A stretch of 59,541 nt of DNA from Rhynchobatus australiae (Eukaryota). Both the position numbers and the translations under genes were made by a program. The notes below the pieces were generated by a model. The model was not told the DNA's origin. It saw only the letters and a list, made by a program, of their open reading frames with translations, and searched no databases. The DNA is taken from contig JAUZTB010000064.1 of assembly GCA_034780895.1 (NCBI GenBank), forward strand, positions 98,424,107 through 98,483,647, written 5' to 3'. Position 1 is the first letter of the stretch. Every line of letters starts with the position of its first letter. Positions 54,610 through 59,541 of this stretch are shown here, piece after piece.

Positions 54610-55010
54610 TCCTGTTCAGGGGTAACATTCTCACATTTGAGCCAGAAGGTGGTAGGCTAACTTCTCACTCCAGAGACTCGAGCACAAAGCAAGGCTGACA
54701 CCTCCGTGCACGACCGAGGAAGTGCTGCACTGTTCAGCTGCAGTCTTCTGGATGTAACGTTAAACAGGGGGTCCTTCATGCAAACGCAAAACAATCCCTT
54801 GACATTATTGGTGTCCAGGCATACATTCATTGCTCAGCCAGCACTACTAAAGCGGATGATTGGACATTATTTAATTCATGGTTATAAGAACTTGCCACAT
54901 TCAGTTTGGTTGCTATATTTTTCTATAGTAAATCGATAACACTTCAAAAAGCGCTGTATTAGTTGAGAGACATATTAAGGTGCCCCGAATTTATGAAAGG
55001 TGTTATATCG
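54610..55010 (+). mobile_element. Deu-domain (SacSINE1/AmnSINE-like) SINE
   Basis: gagccagaaggt...cactccagagactcgagcaca...ggctgacac...ggaagtgctgcactgtt...ggatgtaacgttaaacagggg, ending in a tgaaaggtgttata tail. Confidence 0.6.
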
Positions 55011-55159
55011 ACGGTAAAGATTTATTTCCCTGAATATGCTGAGGAACCTTCTGATATTTGTCAACTGAAATCTACTTTTACCTAATAAAAAATAATTTCT
55101 CTTCCACCCTTGTTTGGCTCTAAGGCAGTTTCATCGTACACCTGCACCGTACTTTCTGT

Positions 55160-55500
55160 GGGTGAGTCATAGAGTCACAGAGCACACAAACAGACCCCTC
55201 AGTCTACGAGTGAGCGCCGACCTTCAAACGCCAGTTTACACCAATCCCATTTTATTCTCCCCGCATTCTCCCAGCCGCTCCCAACCCCTGTGTGCCCACC
55301 AATAACCTGCAGTATATACTTGGAGAAATGCACAGTGGCTAATTAACCTCCCAATCTGCACATCTTTGGGAGTGCGAGGAAACTCGAGCATCCCGATAAA
55401 TCCACGCGGTCACACACAACACCGGAGATCAGGACTGGCTTCGTATCGTTGGAGTTGCAGGCAGTTGATCAACACGACTGGTTGATCTACTGTCCCGCCC
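55160..55500 (-). mobile_element. V-SINE old copy with CR1-like tail
   Basis: gccaattaacc-like gctaattaacctcccaatctgcacatctttgggagtgcgaggaaactcgagcatcccg...ccacgcggtcaca is the reverse complement of the V-domain region; catagagtcacagag tail. Confidence 0.6.
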
Positions 55501-56684
55501 TAAGATTCTTTTAACGTTAAACCTGCGCAATCTTTTCTGCCCTTTGAACTACTAAATGTAGACAGGTGGTTTAATTATTCGGGAACATGTTTGATTAGGT
55601 TGAAGGAATCTATTTGATGAGAAGCTGGTGCATTTGATGAAGAAGCTGGTATGCTTATGGGAGAACCAGGTAAGTGCATGAGAGAGAAAGCGAGAAAGAA
55701 AGAGAGAGCAATGGTTTTATTGATGTGGAGTATAAACACCCGTTTAGACCAGCTGGGATGAATGCCTGCTTTCGTGTAGTTAAGTGAATACCTTTCTTTT
55801 GTTTTCATGTCAGAAATACCACATTTTGAGAACAAAAAAGTAGTTACACGTTTCTACCTTGCATCATCGGTATAGAAAATGCATCAAATAGAGGGAGCAA
55901 AGCATTTAAAAGGCTTTTCCAGACTGGCTTCATTGTGGTACCTCCGAACATAATGTCTTCAGGGAATCAATCCAAAAACAAGAATGGAGCAATTTTGTCA
56001 GTCCCCATGCCAGTCTCTTTAGAATAACAATNNNNNNNNNNTTAAAGCAAAAGATCGACGATCTATGGAAACTTCTGGGCTTACTGGCAAGATGCACAGA
56101 GATTGGTTTTCTTTTGCAATATTTGCTACATGGAGCAGTTATGAAGCACTACACCTTGCATCTATAATATCAGCTACTGTTATGAGCAAAGATGGATTTT
56201 CTGTCCACTTAAATTGATTTGTTAACGCCATAAGCTAGAAGTCATGAGTCAGAATACGGAATGAAATACACATCGCTAGTACTGTAAACACTCGAACTTG
56301 GCAACGTTTATTAAATACGCCAGCGGTGTTCATTGTATTACTTTGCGACGACGAAATGGAGAACAACAAATACAACACTGCAGGGAGATGGAAATCTATT
56401 TAGTAAAGCATAATATTCACGCCATGTGAAATTTTTAACTGCTATTTTCCGAGTTACACAAATTCACACTGACAGTGACTACTAGATCTGACGATACATT
56501 GCAGCATCCATTAAATTAAGAACTGTGCACGGTCTCGCTGAACCTGCTTGGTAATGGCAAACAGTCAATGGTCAGATGCTTGCTCACTTGCTTGTCACAA
56601 ATGTGCACCCAGGCCCAGCTGACATGCGGCAGTTAAAGTACTGTTTACTGTTCGCACAAATATGGGCGAATGTGGTTTAAAAAA

Positions 56685-57295
56685 TAGCAAGGATGCTTTC
56701 TTTTCTTAGCCGAGGCATAACATATGGAGACATGCTGCAATTTTATGCAATATTAGTTAGACCACAGCTTGAGTACCGGATGCAGTTTCCGTTACTATAT
56801 TACAAAGAAAATGTAATTGCATTGAAGAAGTGCGGAGGATGTTTAGGACGGTGTTGCCAGGAGTGGACAATTGTAGCTATGAGGAAAGATTGGATCAGCT
56901 AGGGTTGTTTTTTTTTTGGAAGAGAGGAGGCTGAGGGAAGGCTTAATTGAGATACATGATATTATAGGGCACCTAAGTAAACACGAAGGACATATTTGCT
57001 TCAGCAGATGAGTCAGAAATCAGCGAGAATTGGTAGAAGTAGTCGAAAGGAGATAGGAGGAAAACCGTCATTCAGGGGGCGGGGGGCGTCTGGAACTGAC
57101 TGCTTGAAAGGGTGGTAAAAATGTAGACATTACTTGGATGTGTAGCTGAAGAACCGTAGCTTACAGGGCTACAAATGAACAAGTGATGGAAGGTGACAAG
57201 AGGCTGGGTAGATTCTTTTCAACCTGTACAGGCGCAATGGGCCGAAAGACCTCCTCCCGAATCGTAAGCATTCCATGGTTTTCTGTGATTCTATC
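56685..57295 (+). mobile_element. CR1 LINE 3' fragment
   Basis: MLSFLSRGI...LVRPQLEYRMQF, RRLREGLIEIH, and tail atgggccgaaagacctcctccc...ttctgtgattctat. Confidence 0.75.
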
Positions 57296-57837
57296 GACTG
57301 CTCTTTGTCCTAGTTTAGTCCCCTTGGTTTGATGAGTCAAGCGCAACGATCTCCAGATTTGTTCATCTCGGGTCAGAAAGACTGGGTTTCTGAGACCGAA
57401 AATTGATTATTTCAATTAAAGAAAAGACAATTCTGATCAACTTTATAACAGTGAGGCAAAAAAAGCAAGGAATAACTTATCTAGACATTTACTGCTCCAA
57501 GATTATTCGTAAAGAGATATAACCGCAGAATGTGTGGCAATGGATTGATATTCTAATGATAAAAATACAGATAGAATCTTACAAGATGAACTTGTGTTAA
57601 TTATAACTGAAATTTCCCATCTATCTGAACGCAGTGCGTTGATTTGATACATCGACACTAACCTGTATTTGCATAGAATAGCAAAAAACCCGCATATCTT
57701 TCTTGTAAAAATGCCTATAAATAATGTTTAATTTATGTTTTTCTTGTGAATGCTGCTTATATGATGTTCTGCTTCTGCGATGCTGCTGTTTGTAAGTTTT
57801 TCGTTGCACCTGTGCATATGACAATAAACTCGAGTTT

Positions 57838-58000
57838 GAGATGCTGGAAATCCGAAATAAAAGCAAAAAAAAAAGAAACCACTGGAACAGGTCAGACTGC
57901 ATCTGATGAAAGGTCATCGACCTGAAGCGTTAGCTCCGTTTCTTCCTTCAGAGAAGCTGCGCGACCTCCTGAGTATTTCCAACATTTTCTATTTTTATTC
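57838..58000. mobile_element. Inverted pair of Penelope-associated repeats with hammerhead-like core
   Basis: CTGATGA-a-aggtc-atc-gacct-GAAG-cgtta (57903-57932), flanked by mutually inverted blocks gaaataaaagc... and ...ttttctatttttattcc. Confidence 0.65.
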
Positions 58001-58446
58001 CGCATTTATAAACTTCCTTGACATGGTCTCACGCCCTATGGTGCCTTAGAGGAGATAAGCAGACAGAAGGTGAGATTGTCTAAAGCATAGATATTAGCAG
58101 GAAAATCTTTGTCAAGGAGATAAATATTAGGATCCGCTCAGAGGTGAAAGGAGACAGAGAAAGGTGAGGAGATTCAAAGAGGGAATCCCAGACCTCTGCA
58201 GCTAAAATCACTGGCAGACAAGAGACCGAGTTGGAAGCTCTGTTTCTTTTGGTAACTCCGTTTTTAGTTTTGGAGGGTTAGAGTAAACTACGCAGATTAA
58301 TGTAGGACGGGGAAATACGTCATATCGCCTCTCAGAGCTTTTCCACCAGTCGATGAAGTGATGACTGATCTGTGATCTAACCGTATTTAATGCATTTCCC
58401 ATAGTACTATTGGATAAGTAGGCCAATAGTGACTGTATGTTAAATA

Positions 58447-58703
58447 CAGGCAACTCCCGCGTTACGGGGGTTTGCATTCCGAGAATATGGGCAATTTCCC
58501 GTAACGCGAAGCTGCAGCATCCGCGCATGCGTTAATACTCGCGAGTTGGGGGAAAAATGTGTTGATTTATTTACTTTTTTCCTCATATATTCAACCAGAG
58601 CGAATTTGATTCCGCATTCCTGTTTTTTTTTTCGGTAGCGACTTGTGAATTCTGTAAGAGCGAAGTTCCGTAACCCGAACGGCCGTAACACGGAGGTCGA
58701 CTG
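58447..58703. mobile_element. Tigger/pogo-like (Tc1-mariner superfamily) MITE
   Basis: Imperfect TIRs CAGGCAACTCCCGCGTTACG and CGTAACACGGAGGTCGACTG, TA on the left flank, repeated internal CGTAAC motifs. Confidence 0.6.
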
Positions 58704-59541
58704 GCTGCTTTAAATTTAAAAAAATGCTTATAAAATACCCAAGAAAGGTGCCGAAAAAGTGCAAATATTTTGCTTTATTTCCTTTAATTTCATTTTCCTT
58801 CTAACAAAATCACTTCAAATGTCCGATTTAAGATAATTATTGATCCTGCTGTGATACCCTCAAACGAATTACATTTTTATAATCATCCTTCGTAGTATAA
58901 ATGTTTCTTAATTCCAGCCCTGATACCAAGGGGAGAGCTCATTGAAGGGATTTGAAAATGGACGAGATTTTTAAGATGACCATCGTTGGAGGCAAGACTT
59001 GTTGGTTCTTGTTGATCAGCATCCATTCACTGGCAGTCCCTTGTGCGGGAGATTCCATCATCAGTCAGACAAATAAGTCAATGAACACTCCATGACTTTC
59101 CTCACAAATCTAACTCACCAATGACACGAAATGACATCACAGGCGAACATTCGTGCCATCATAACCCCACAGAAGTTTTTTTTAAAGCATGGAACACCTA
59201 CAACTCAATAGTTTCAAAACTAAAAATATGTTTAAGCTCATCTGATCTCCATGATATTAAATTGGGACTTGCAACACCTCCTCCTGCTCAGCTCGTTTTA
59301 ACGTAGAATATTTTAAAGCGTGTTCTTCAATTCATTTTTCTTGAGAATTTGGTTATATGCTAGTATTTCACATTAGGCGATTAGGTTCAAATTCAGCCCA
59401 GGATTTCAGAGCCATTTGTTAAACGAGTTTGTGCAGTTTTAATTTTGGCTTATAGGGCACCCAGCTGCACCACCATTTTATTCCAGTTCGCCTCTAATTT
59501 GTCGACCTATGTGACGATGGGGTAGGTAGCGTGGAAAATAG

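Overview
Eukaryotic, vertebrate genomic DNA, most likely a cartilaginous fish (inferred from the repeat repertoire: V-SINE/HE1-like and Deu-domain SINEs, CR1, Rex1/Babar and RTE LINEs, Penelope-like fragments). It comes from a gapped draft assembly. The only host protein-coding gene I can support is a two-exon NK5/H6-family homeobox gene, best matching Hmx1 (+ strand, exons 47731-48025 and 49098-49823, about 301 aa once a spurious 100-N gap in exon 2 is collapsed). Upstream is a gene desert with a degenerate Gypsy LTR retrotransposon (840-3975, TGTAG...CTACA ends, CTCT target-site duplication), many LINE/SINE fragments and several candidate conserved non-coding enhancers. The most notable observations are: (1) a dispersed Penelope-associated repeat family carrying minimal hammerhead-ribozyme cores, often in inverted pairs; (2) a ~230-bp inverted repeat pair 1.7-3 kb upstream of Hmx1 that duplicates octamer and Meis motifs; (3) a broad CpG-retaining domain around the gene; (4) a V-SINE whose tail matches the local Rex1-type LINE tail; (5) a possible overlapping uORF. 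All family assignments are from motif recognition by eye; no database search was run.
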